64,000 nucleotides of DNA from Octopus sinensis (Eukaryota): positions 103,726,001 through 103,790,000 of the forward strand of contig NC_043003.1 of assembly GCF_006345805.1 (NCBI RefSeq), in the 5' to 3' direction. A program made the position numbers and the translations under genes. Of this stretch, positions 51,201 through 59,609 are shown in pieces (within the stretch, counting starts at the first letter, position 1; the number at the start of each line of letters is the position of its first letter). The notes under the pieces are model-generated. The model was not told the DNA's origin. It made no database searches and was given only the letters and a program-made list of their open reading frames with translations.

Positions 51201-54133
51201 ACTATCCTGACCCCATTACTCTGTTTTTACCATCACACCCTTACTCCTTTCATCCACTTATCCTGATTCTTTCATCTTCCTTTCTTTTATTCACTGCCTC
51301 GGCCATGTAGCCCTACATGTAGCCCTACAAAAACATGTATAGAGTGATGAGGGCTATTAAGATAGAAAGCAACTTCACTAATTGGTGCCAAAAAATAAAA
51401 GTGTTGCTAAGTGAGTGTAAAGTGGTTGGTAACTGAGTGGAAACATGGGGAGAGGTTGAGAGGACCCTTTAGGCTTGTTGATACCTGATAATCTGTCAAG
51501 TATTGGTGTTGTGATAAAATGCACCCAGTCCACTCTGTAAAGGGATTGGTGTTGGGATGGGTATCCAACCTTAGGAAACCAAACTATAAATTAAATGTAA
51601 TAACAAGGTGTAGTCCCCAACCCATCTAGGAGGGCAGTAATTCTGAATATAAACTGGTTTGGACCGTGATGACCTGGTCAACTCTTACGAGCATTCTACA
51701 GCAAAATTATGATTCAATTTTTTAAAATTAAAAATATATTTTTTTCATTTTATCAATTTTGTCAATTCACTTTAAGGTTCTAACAACACTTCTGACGGAA
51801 TTTTGAAGCAATATTTCCACATCTGCAATGACAGTGCTCGAGAAAACCTTATTGCCAGTATCAACATGGACAAAAACAAGTGTTTGCAAGATCTGAAGGT
51901 CACAGAAGAAAGATTGGCAGGTTCGTGAAAAAACAGAGATTCCCTTCTTTTATCTCATCGTTTATATAGATTGGTGGTGGTCTTGGTCTTATGTTATAAT
52001 TCCATTCACATCTAATATGATTTATAGGAATATTAAATTGATCTAAGTACTTGGCTGGTACTTTATTTTAGTTCAGTCCTCACTGCCTCGCTCAGGCAAT
52101 GCATATAGGCTAAAGGTTCAAACACTTGTGATTCTGAGATACCTGCTGATAACATTGAAGGGTTTCCAACTTTGTGGTGGATTTAGAAGAGCCTGCAAAA
52201 TCTGAGTAGCTCCTGCAGTTTCAGCATGGGACAAAGTATCTCTGGTATTTATTTCACCTTATATGGAACCCAAAAGCACGAGAGGCACAGGGGTTCTCAG
52301 TAGGATTTGAATTCAGAATGTGAGAGGCCATCACTAAATATCACAGGCATTTTGTCTTACGATTCTGCTAATCCACCATCTTGATTGTCATGGTTGGTGG
52401 TGGTGACGTAGGGGTGGCAGGGGCAAGGGTGTCATGGTTGGTGGTGGTGACATAGGGGTGGCAGGGGCAAGGGTGTTCATGCTCAGTCAGCCCTAATTCT
52501 GCTGATCTGTCTTCTTCTTGTCTTGAGACAGCATTCACCCGGGGTGGGTTGTGCTGGCTTCATTCATCTTCAATGCTGCATCTCTCACAAACGCCGACCA
52601 GACCTGGCGATTTGAGGCTCCAACCACTCTTTATTCCAGTGGCAAACGCCGTAGATATGGGGTCCTAGGTTGGGTTCCAGACCAGCCTTGACTGTCATCA
52701 GCCAGGTTTTACGTTGTCCACCACATCACTTTCACCAGCCCTGAAAGGGAGCTGGGGCAATTGCTTCGTAGATCTGTGATCAAATATGTCCTTCCTTTTA
52801 TTAAAATCGTAAACTTATAATCTTTTCTACAATAGGTGCAAGGCCTGAGATATTGGAGGAAGTTACTAATTGATTACATTGGCCTCTAGTACTCATCTGG
52901 AACTTATTTTATCAACCCCAATGAGATGGAAGGCAAGGTCAACCTTGGTGGGATTTGAACTCACAATGTGGTCACTAATCATTCTGTCTAGTATGCTAAT
53001 AATTCACAATGATGATAATAATTCTTTATAATTTTGGCAGAAGGCCAACAATTTTGAAGGGAAGGGAAAATCAATAACATTGACCCCAGTTTTTGTCTGG
53101 TACTTATTTTATTGACCCTGAAATTATGAAAGACAAAGTTGACCTTGGCAGCATTTGAACTTAGATTGTAATGCTAAAAGAAATGCCACTCAGCATTCTG
53201 ACCCAAGATAACAATTCTGCTAGCTTGTCCTGTCTTGATAATAATAATGATTATGATGATGATGATGATGATCATCATCATCATCATCATTTAGCGTCCG
53301 CTTTCCATGCTAACATGGGTTGGACGGTTCAACTGGGGTCTGGGAAGCCAGGAAGCTGCATCAGGCCCAGTCTGATCTGGCAGTGTTTCTACGGCTGGAT
53401 GCCCTTCCTAACACCAACCACTCCGTGAGTGTAGTGGGTGCTTTTTACGTGCCACCTGCACAGGTGCCAGATGGAGCTGGCAATGGCCATGATCGGATGG
53501 TGCTTTTTACGTGCCACCGGCACGGGGGCCAGGCGGGGCTGGCAACGGCCACGAACGGATGGTGCTACGTGCCACCGGTACGGGGGCCAGGTGAGGCTGG
53601 CAATGGACACGAACGTGCCACCGGCACGGAGGCCAGTCGGGGCGGCGCTGGCAACGGCTATGATCGGATGGTTCGCTTACTTAATCCTTTCTACTATAGG
53701 CACAAGGCCAATAACAATTTAGAATAGGTGTAAGAGGCTGGATGTGACCAGTTTCAACAGACAACAGGTAGAATATTTGGAGTGCTATGGCTGATTTAAA
53801 TGCTAAATAGCTAATCATTCACCCATTTATGTAAATGTCAACTTGAAAAAAGAATACTGTTTTGTTTTTCTCATAATTCATTCACCATTTGTTTTTGTTT
53901 CTCTTTATCTCTCCATTGCAGCTTTATCTCGACAGATTGAATCCATATGTACAGAGAAACACAAAAAAGAGACTGAAATACGTCGACTTATGATAGAGAT
54001 AAAAGGGTTTGATCAGAGCTTGGAGAAACTGAAAGAAGAGAAGCAAGAGCTGACAGAAAAGTCCTCCTCACTTGATGCTAAAATCTCTCTATGTGTGTCT
54101 GTCTTAAAGATGGTCCTCAACAAAAACACATGA
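14480..54133 (+). CDS. 12-exon gene, 685-aa ankyrin-repeat / coiled-coil protein (Swi6/Cdc10-like ankyrin block)
   Basis: join(14480-14970,23106-23165,29155-29223,32639-32804,34149-34233,34555-34863,36938-37077,39580-39867,44521-44561,49591-49643,51777-51920,53922-54133) = 2058 nt. All introns are GT-AG, phases 2,2,2,0,1,1,0,0,2,1,1 are consistent, and there is no internal stop. The ATG choice is less certain than the internal structure. Confidence 0.88.
15513..15835 (+). mobile_element. 5'-truncated copy of the RTE 3'UTR with (GAT)n tail; further copies at ~19058-19203(+), 29960-30288(+), 33597-33990(-), 35380-35555(+), 35815-35982(+), 36072-36224(+), 37222-37432(+), 50003-50410(-), 53255-53672(-)
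   Basis: Share GGCACGTAAAAAGCACC, GTGGTTGGCRTTAGGAAGGGCATCCAGCTGTAGAAAC and CCATGCTAGCATGG..TTAAACGATGATG with 13-490. Confidence 0.9.
17231..18111. mobile_element. Foldback-type MITE with ~225-bp TIRs, related to 9183-9597
   Basis: Starts GGATCTTTTCGCTTTGACCAGCAG and ends CTGCTGGTCAAAGCGAAAAGATCC. 17231-17455 mirrors ~17890-18111. The internal block matches 9215-9360. The flanks AATCATG / AGTCATG form an imperfect TSD. Confidence 0.88.
19257..21026 (-). mobile_element. Decayed mariner (DD34D) transposon, interrupted by a minisatellite
   Basis: TIR TTGGGTTGGCAAGAAAGTAATTTC and its mirror at ~20998-21026, TA flanks, and transposase motifs MECKNEHF, IITGDEKW, KKVMLSIWWD, HHDNTRP and HPPYSPDLAPSDYHLF in several frames. 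Confidence 0.95.
20179..20743. repeat. 40 x 14-bp minisatellite CTG(A/T)CAGGTGCATT
   Basis: CAGGTGCATT recurs exactly every 14 nt from 20183 to 20729 (40 units). Confidence 0.98.
21119..21290 (-). mobile_element. Mariner transposase C-terminal remnant
   Basis: NHLGRKNTNSVDEIRTVVEEYFSSQTSEFWKRGFASLPDRWKK matches the typical mariner C-terminus. Confidence 0.7.
21651..21857. mobile_element. piggyBac-like MITE (TTAA flanks); related right end at ~39090-39180
   Basis: TTAA|CCATTTAGCATTT...AAACACTAAAGAG|TTAA. Confidence 0.65.
23106..23165 (+). CDS. Coding exon 2 (60 nt, phase 2-2)
   Basis: TTTTCAG|AAATAGC...CATGAT|GTAAG; encodes NSEVTRTPKMDPSPSLPTM. Confidence 0.8.
23657..24534 (+). mobile_element. 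Internally deleted Tc1/mariner, DD37D (maT)-like
   Basis: TA|CAGGGTGC.. with a mirrored ..GCACCC end. Remnants MMFGMITSD.DIMPPFIFPHGLRLN and WQQDSAPCHTSKRTQ..WPPNSPDCNPLDYYAW. Confidence 0.85.
25442..25593. repeat. Hairpin-forming inverted repeat (~68-bp arms)
   Basis: ACAAATGTCACTAAATGTGACTAG..TAAACCGC is mirrored by GCGGTTTA..CTAGTCACATTTAGTGACATTTGT. Confidence 0.88.
27538..27757. mobile_element. piggyBac-like MITE
   Basis: TTAA|CCCTTTTG...CAAAAGGG|TTAA, 220 bp. Confidence 0.75.
28061..28463 (-). mobile_element. Full-length tRNA-head SINE with internal microsatellite (family B)
   Basis: The reverse complement is nearly identical to 56751-57143; 3' end CAGCATGGCCGCAGTCAAATGACTGAAACAAGTAAAAGAG. 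Confidence 0.88.
29155..29223 (+). CDS. Coding exon 3 (69 nt, phase 2-2)
   Basis: TTTTCTCTCTAG|GAATGAA...TTCCT|GTAAGT; encodes NEPLTPAETPPIHTADADLPSF. Confidence 0.78.
30572..31058 (+). mobile_element. 5'-truncated LINE (RTE/RTEX-like) ORF2 C-terminus with (TGA)n tail
   Basis: ORF with VEPILLYGSETW, RRVQFAGH and WRNIV. The stop codon is followed directly by TGATGATGATG. Confidence 0.9.
32120..32546. mobile_element. Inverted pair of Penelope-like terminal repeats, each with a hammerhead-like motif
   Basis: ~32120-32282 mirrors ~32384-32546; GACAC-CTGATGA-A-GGCTG..CAGCC-GAAAC at 32455-32492. Confidence 0.7.
32639..32804 (+). CDS. Coding exon 4 (166 nt, phase 2-0)
   Basis: CTACTTTCAG|GAAGGAC...TATGAG|GTTGGT; encodes KDQAYPIKCPPFCNKCCTNKHSKLLLALL...INYYE. 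It supplies the phase change needed to enter exon 5. Confidence 0.8.
32984..33211 (+). mobile_element. SINE family A (AAGGCGGYGAGCTGGCAGAA head); near-complete second copy at 60653-60884 and many fragments (9850, 10280, 10795, 12850, 15280, 38335, 53030)
   Basis: Shared GAGTTCAAATT..GAGGTCGACTTTGCCTTTCATCCTTTCGGGGTCGATAAATTAAGTACCAG core and GCCCCTTGTGGG..AAAGAAATA end. Confidence 0.88.
34149..34233 (+). CDS. Coding exon 5 (start of ankyrin repeat 1)
   Basis: TTTTTCAG|AAAAAG...CTTA|GTAAGT; encodes KKNWRRNSAIFDVNPEYRYPLMHWAAIL. Confidence 0.88.
34555..34863 (+). CDS. Coding exon 6 (ankyrin repeats)
   Basis: TTTAATAG|GTAAATT...CCAG|GTGAGT; encodes KLNILKWLASAGYNIN..TGDTALHRVLL..AGLTPFLTSC..KERP. 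Confidence 0.92.
35807..36250 (+). repeat. Local tandem duplication of an RTE-tail copy plus flank
   Basis: The unit ..CTAGG(G/A)GTGTG..TTAGGAAGGGCATCC...GATGATTGATTTACTAAAATCACC occurs twice with a partial third start between them. Confidence 0.85.
36938..37077 (+). CDS. Coding exon 7 (ankyrin repeat)
   Basis: TCTACAG|GATTAC...AAAGAG|GTAAGC; encodes LLNILFNQQTKHGQSALHLIAL..MLVAAGANVQCLNKE. Confidence 0.92.
39580..39867 (+). CDS. Coding exon 8 (last ankyrin repeat plus Ser-rich linker)
   Basis: AAATCTAG|GGTCAAACC...CTCTG|GTGAGT; encodes GQTPFSLAVNLGQLRVAQYLEKH...KRIKVEGSL. Confidence 0.9.
40447..40712. repeat. Foldback element with ~125-bp arms
   Basis: TGGAAGGTGTTTGTAAGCCATTTAAGAAACAC..GCGACCTGTTCACTGACAAAAC is mirrored by GTTTTGTCAGTGAACAGGTCGC..GCTTACAAACACCTTCCA. 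Confidence 0.9.
40815..42007 (+). mobile_element. Decayed DNA transposon, Chapaev3 (CMC)-like transposase remnant
   Basis: LHNGN..PIAHS..HESYESM..WKICGDLKVI..KYCCFLC..LLLPLCIKIG and MGCRMSLKVYFLDPHLDFF..SDEHGERFHRDIS. The family assignment is from recalled motifs. Confidence 0.7.
42051..43371 (-). mobile_element. Full-length (1321 bp) mariner, Hsmar2/irritans-like TIR, frameshifted transposase
   Basis: TA|CGAGGGGCGTTCAATAAGTAATGCCCCTG..CAGGGGCATTACTTATTGAACGTCCCTCG|TA. Motifs MEPVECRAVIRFL, VSARWIPRLLT, VMLTVFWDQDG and LLQDNAPVH are spread over 3 frames. Confidence 0.96.
43427..43840 (-). mobile_element. 5'-truncated RTE (BovB-like) C-terminus with CCHC zinc knuckle
   Basis: LPKIALFGEL..RGAPRKRYKDCLK..WRH..CGHC-x12-H-x3-C, followed by a short 3'UTR ending in a GATGAT-type tail. 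Confidence 0.88.
44521..44561 (+). CDS. Coding exon 9 (41-nt microexon)
   Basis: Long polypyrimidine tract ..CCATATCAG|CCTAGC...GGACA|GTAAGT; encodes PSDYESDVSENTG. Confidence 0.82.
45590..45700 (+). mobile_element. Short internal fragment of the PHD-RTE family
   Basis: TCGAAGGGCCTTAGAGTCAACTTAGCTAAAACCAAAGTC encodes SKGLRVNLAKTKVL, matching 1560-1630. Confidence 0.8.
46575..48235 (-). mobile_element. 5'-truncated Penelope-like element (Neptune-type GIY-YIG endonuclease and 3' region)
   Basis: NCKNENSCPLEGKCLVKGVVY..TYTGASENSFKTRFYSH..CKLCLLEK in ORF 47746-48312. The 3' end carries CTGATGA..GAAAC and AATAAA near 46580-46655. Continuity of the intervening segment is inferred. Confidence 0.8.
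48630..48955 (+). mobile_element. Helentron/DINE-like non-autonomous repeat; inverted related copy at ~25600-25820
   Basis: Shared AATCAAAATGCCCGAAAC / CCCCGCAAAGCCATTAAAAAATC block; ends CAGACATTTTGCCGTTTATATATAGAGAGAT. Confidence 0.5.
49591..49643 (+). CDS. Coding exon 10 (53 nt)
   Basis: TTTTTCCAG|GTATTC...AAAAT|GTGAGT; encodes YSSSGDYPSKVKHVFRK. Confidence 0.82.
51777..51920 (+). CDS. Coding exon 11 (start of helical C-terminus)
   Basis: CACTTTAAG|GTTCTAAC...GGCAG|GTTCGT; encodes SNNTSDGILKQYFHICNDSARENLIASINMDKNKCLQDLKVTEERLA. Confidence 0.82.
52525..52790 (-). mobile_element. RTE LINE C-terminal remnant (SR2-like)
   Basis: The minus strand encodes GQRKTWLMTVKAGLEPNLGPHIYGVCHWNKEWLE. 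Confidence 0.7.
53922..54133 (+). CDS. Coding exon 12 (coiled coil, stop)
   Basis: CTCCATTGCAG|CTTTATC...ACATGA; heptad pattern in IRRLMIEIKGFDQSLEKLKEEKQELTEKSSSLDAKISL. Confidence 0.88.
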
Positions 54134-54352
54134 TCTCAACTTTGTATGTTCTGTTGCAGAATGCAGCTCATTCTGAGAGTTTACCACCCAAGAAATTATT
54201 CTAGCAACCCTCCCCCAAAAACCATCCATTTCTTTCTCGTGTTGAAGAAACCAATGAGAAGGAAGGGGAACGAAAAAAATAACCCAGAAAATTGGAGAAA
54301 ATGAAGAGACAGAAATGACTTTATATTTTATATATATATATAAATATATATC

Positions 54353-54419
<67 letters not shown>

Positions 54420-54495
54420 TGCACATATTCATAATACACACACCTAGTGTCTTGACTTTTGAGTTTAATGATATCAATACATACACATGCATATA

Positions 54496-54531
<36 letters not shown>

Positions 54532-56750
54532 GATGCAGGTATAGGTGTATGGCTAAGAAGTTCACTTCCCAGCCACATGGTTTCAGGTTCAGTCCCACTG
54601 CACAGCATCTTGGGCAAGTGTCTTCTACTATAGCCTCAAGCTGACCAAATCCATGTGAGTGTATATGGTTGGCAGAAACTGTAAGAAGTCCATGTGCATC
54701 ATATATACATGTATATGTATATATGCATGAATATGTGTGTGTGTTTGTTTATGCATGTGTCACCTTGTCTTGACATCATATGATAGTTATAAACAAGCGT
54801 CACCATACAAGCAGTGTTGTTCATTTTCAATCCTCCATAAAAACATGCCTGGCTATGAGGAGATATCACCTTACTTAAAAACAGGTTCAGGTTACAACAG
54901 GAAGAGCATCCAGCTGTAGAAAATCTGCCTCAATAAATTCTTTCTGACCTATGCAAGTATGGAAAAGTGGGCATTAAAATGATGATGACGATGACGATGA
55001 TGATGATGATGATGATACAAACAGCACACACACACACATTTTCCTTCTCTTCATTGTCATTTTAATATCCATTTCTGTTGTATTGGCATAGGTTGGATAA
55101 GTCTGCACTGCAGCAAGCATATTACCATTCTTTATGTTGTGCCATCTCATTTGTGAATCTTAACGTTCTGAGATCCAACATCTTCACCTACTCTATGTTG
55201 CTCTACCATTTTTTGCTTCCACTGATGCTTCAGTCAAATAACTTGGCATACATCATCCACTCAAATCACATGTCCTGTATGTTTCAGATGATATCTTTAA
55301 TGCCTGAACCATTCTCTGACCTCTCCCAATCATCCACATTTGTCTCTCTCTGCCACATAGCGTATTTTCGTATACATATTTCCTGCAGAGAGGAAAGCTT
55401 TCTAAACAATTCCTTAAATCTCTAGTTACTATGCCCTTATAATTACTTTTTATGCTAATCAGATCACTTCAATAACACACCACCATCTATGTCTAGTGAG
55501 CTGTCTGAAATTATGTTCAAGCATTCCAGGGCTTATATTTCAAGAGTGCTATGTCTGTATATCTTTCATCTCTGCAGCCCTGGTCCTCTCTCTAATAACC
55601 TACCAGAGATTTCACTTCATCTTTAGTATGCACACATTGTTTGTACTAAATATACACCATCAGGTTCCTATCTATTCCCTTCCTATATACTGAGTAAGGC
55701 CACAACTGAAATGGTTCTGGTATTTTGTGTTTTCTTTCACTAATTAGCACTTTGTATTTTACTATGTTGACTGTTGGGCCTTTGGATCATTCTTTAAGGT
55801 TTGAAATTTTCTACACATGATCAACAAATTTTACAATGAGATCTGGATCATCTAGCATATAGAATATCCCAAAAACAACCAACTTTGAACACATACAGTA
55901 TTATATCCTCATTCTCTATAATGAATAGTTGTAGGAGGCGGAGGACAGAGTTCTGGTTAACACCTACCTCATAGAATTCACTGCAGGTGTTTATTTATGT
56001 ATATTCTAGCTTTGGCATCTTTTCTTTGCAATGTCTTTTGTTTTTTTTAACTTTCTTTCTCTCATTTTATCCCTTTTATCTCTCTCGCTCTCTCTCTCTC
56101 TAACAAATATTTTTCACTCATGCTAATGAAACAGCATCAACATGGTTGCACAGCCTGTTAGTATCTGCAACCAGTTCTCCACCAAGTCCCATCCTGCTGT
56201 TTTAAATGTTCCCCCATATTGTAGATCTGTTCAATCAGGGCTTGGTAAAAACAGCAGCAACATCTCTCAAGCTTGGGTATCAAATGTAATTTAAGTTTTC
56301 TGCATCTTCACTACTCATGTCACTTGTTAATTCCATTATAGAAAAGTGCAGTTTTTGAGGTGCATTGCCGGCTCTGAAGAGTTCAGGTACTAATCTTTTT
56401 GGGTGCCCTCACAAAACAGGTTCAAGATCTTGCCATAAAGATGTAATCTTAAATTTTGTAATATAAATGAAATTAAATGCAAATTTCCTAATATAATATT
56501 TAATTATAATATATATATATGTGTGTGTGTATGTGTACCTATGTAAGAATATATATAAATCTGTGTGCATGTGTATATATGTGTATGTATATGTGTGTGT
56601 GTGATAATATAAACTAACAAGTATGATACACTCAAAGATGGATCTGAGTGATTAAAGTTGAGACTTTACTTACCATAAAAATATCTCAGACTATACACAG
56701 CACTTCAAATGCTGTAATCAAAGACACCTCAACCTTATATTGTTATAGTT

Positions 56751-57143
56751 AGGAGTGGCTGTGTGGTAAGTAGCTTGCTAACCAACCACATGGTTCCGGG
56801 TTCAGTCCCACTACGTGGCATCTTGGGCAAGTGTCTTCTGCTATAGCCCCGGGCTGACCAATGCCTTGTGAGTGGATTTGGTAGACGGAAACTGAAAGAA
56901 GCCTGTCGTATATATGTATATATATATATAAGTGTGTGTGTCTGTGTTTGTCCCCCTAGCATTGCTTGACAACCGATGCTGGTGTGTTTATGTCCCCGTC
57001 ACTTAGCGGTTCGGCAAAAGAGACCGATAGAATAAGTACTGGGCTTACAAAGAATAAGTCCCGGGGTCGATTTGCTCGACTAAAGGCGGTGCTCCAGCAT
57101 GGCCGCAGTCAAATGACTGAAACAAGTAAAAGAGTAAAAGAGT
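56751..57143 (+). mobile_element. Full-length tRNA-head SINE (family B)
   Basis: TGGCTGTGTGGTAAG A-box-like and GGTTCAGTCCC B-box-like head, internal TA/GT microsatellite, and (GTAAAAGA)n-type tail. Degenerate copies lie at 22563, 31740, 35040, 44700, 45795, 49170, 54540 and 59445. Confidence 0.88.
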
Positions 57144-57525
57144 AACAAAATAGTAATCAGAAAACTGATAATGTAAAACAGATTTGTGAAAACTGAGATC
57201 CTAAGATGAAACGTACCAAATAACCAATGAAATTGTGCCTCATGTATTTATATTATATAATATTGTGTTGTTAAGGAAGGTACTTCATTTTTATATTTCT
57301 TCAGTCTATTCAGCTGAAATGAAAGCCAATAATAAAAGGGATTTGATTTTGCAATAAATGGACTGGGCTCTTGTACAAAGGGTGATGCTGTACTCTGAAT
57401 TGTCATGGCTTGTATACTTTAAATAATTGGCTGGAGAAACATTTTAAACCTATTGGTTGTGTGTGTGTGTGTGTGTATAAACGAACCATGCAAGCATGGA
57501 AAACACATTGAATGACAACAGCAAT

Positions 57526-57563
<38 letters not shown>

Positions 57564-57564
<1 letters not shown>

Positions 57565-57648
57565 TTTATTTAAAAGCAGCAGAAATATAACAAAAGCTGT
57601 TACTCCGAGTAACAGCTTTTGTTATATTTCTGCTGCTTTTAAATAAAG
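57564..57648. repeat. Perfect 85-bp palindrome (42-bp arms, 1-nt spacer)
   Basis: CTTTATTTAAAAGCAGCAGAAATATAACAAAAGCTGTTACTC-C-reverse complement. Confidence 0.97.
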
Positions 57649-57715
57649 CATATTACTCTACCTCTGGTATTTGAGTACTCTTTTTTCTGCCTTGTTTCAC
57701 ATTTGTGTTTACTCC

Positions 57716-57759
<44 letters not shown>

Positions 57760-58581
57760 CATACACACAAATATACATACATACAAAAACATGTACACAC
57801 ATATATGCACATGTGCGTTTATGTGGCATCACAATTTTCTTTTCAATAGTGGCAAAACATTGGCTGAATGAAAACAATAGGCTGTGAGAGAATTAGGAGA
57901 TGGCTTCTAAGGTGGCAGCTTTGGCTAAATGATTATTGGGAGGGTTGAAAGTAAAAACATTTTTGGTAGCGTACAAAAATTCTATATTTGTGTAATAATA
58001 AGATTAGTCAAAAGTAGAGGAATTGTTCCCTAGTTTATTCATATACTGGTACAGAAAGTTTTAAAGTTTTTGAAGGAACTGTATGGGATTACTAATGGTT
58101 AGAGGGTGAATTCTTATATCTAATAATGTAAATATTCTATTTTATTTCATTTCATTTCAAAACTTTTTGTTTTGCTTATATTTCTCCTCCGACCAACTTT
58201 ATTGTTAATACTAATATATATGTAGATGGATATATATATATAAATGTGTGTGTGCATATGTATGTATATATTTATGTTATAAATAGTTGGCAGAAGTTAT
58301 AGAGTGACTCAATGAGTAAGAATTTTGTGCATTGGCACAAAACTCCCAGAACCTCTGCTGAATATTGATAAGAAAACATATATATATATATACACACACA
58401 TACACATGTATATATATATATATATAAATAGGTGAATGAATTATCCCATGTTTATCGTCAGCATGGAAAATTCGTTTAACCGAAACCTGGGTAGCAAATT
58501 CACATCAGAAACACGGTTGAAGCAACCTGTCCAAGGGTAGAAACTCCGGGTTCGTGTGCAGAAATTTGTGTGTTGTATATG

Positions 58582-58753
58582 AATAAATGAAAGAATGGAG
58601 ACGAACGAAGATGTTAACAAAATTCCTTTACTCTCAACATATGTTTCGAAGACAACATGTCTTTATTCCTTTGGAATGAAAACATGTTGTCTTCGAAACA
58701 TATGTCGAGAGTAAAGGAATTTTGTTAACATCTTCGTTCGACTCCATTCTTTC

Positions 58754-58760
<7 letters not shown>
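58582..58760. repeat. Near-perfect palindrome with ~80-90-bp arms
   Basis: 58582-58660 mirrors 58682-58760 with two substitutions. Confidence 0.93.
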
Positions 58761-58793
<33 letters not shown>

Positions 58794-59067
58794 AAAATAT
58801 GGAACAAGAACACGACAGACAACAAAAAACATCCAGACAGATAGACAATACAGACGGGCAAGAAAAAACAAGGATGGGTCATTTGCAGCCTTCTCTCTGC
58901 AGTCAAGTTTCCAGTTATCCTTACAGTTTCAGCCAGTTACTCTTGAGACTGTTCAAATCTGGCTGGTCCCAAAAAGCTAAGCTAAGAGCATTAAATATTT
59001 TGGGAGAAAGAAAGTGAATGTGTACAACAAAGACAAAAAAAAACACAGAAAATGTTACACAATTACA

Positions 59068-59183
59068 TCATCGTCATTGTTCGACCGTGGCCGAGACAAT
59101 GGAATTTACTATGCTACACCATACTTCATGGTCCATCATAGCATTACGGAGGTCCTGTTGCTGGATGCCTGTATCCCTGGAGA
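59068..59183 (-). mobile_element. 116-bp 5'-truncated LINE tail (family of 30572-31058) with 13-bp TSD, nested in a Penelope-like repeat
   Basis: TSD TTACACAATTACA at 59055-59067 and 59184-59196; the insert matches the reverse complement of ~30935-31055. Confidence 0.9.
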
Positions 59184-59609
59184 TTACACAATTACAAATA
59201 CAAACAAGAAAATAACAGGTGTCTTTCAGCTATTAGCTGAAATATAAAGACAAATATAAATACAAACATGTATGTTATATGAGGTGAAACTCTGTGATTA
59301 AGAAGCCCAATTCTCAATCAAGATTTCAATTAGGATACTGAGTGTTCTTGGGTCCATCTTAGAGAGAAACCCTTCTAATTTTTGACCACAAGGACTACCT
59401 ATAGGTGTGAATATATTAATAGACAATATGTACACACACTGCTGGGCATGGCTGTGTGATTAAAGAACCTTACTTTCCAACCAGAAAATTTTGGGGTCAA
59501 TCCCATTGCATGGCATTTTGGACAAGTGTCTTCTACTTCAGTTCTGGGCCTACCAGAATCTTGCAAGTAGATTTAGTAGATAGAAGCTGAAAGAAACTTG
59601 TCATATGTA

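Noticed and set aside
54160-54205. Possible extra terminal exon TTGCAG|AATGCAGCT.. encoding NAAHSESLPPKKLF*
   Set aside because: It lies just after the exon 12 stop and there is no credible in-phase donor upstream; treated as 3'UTR.
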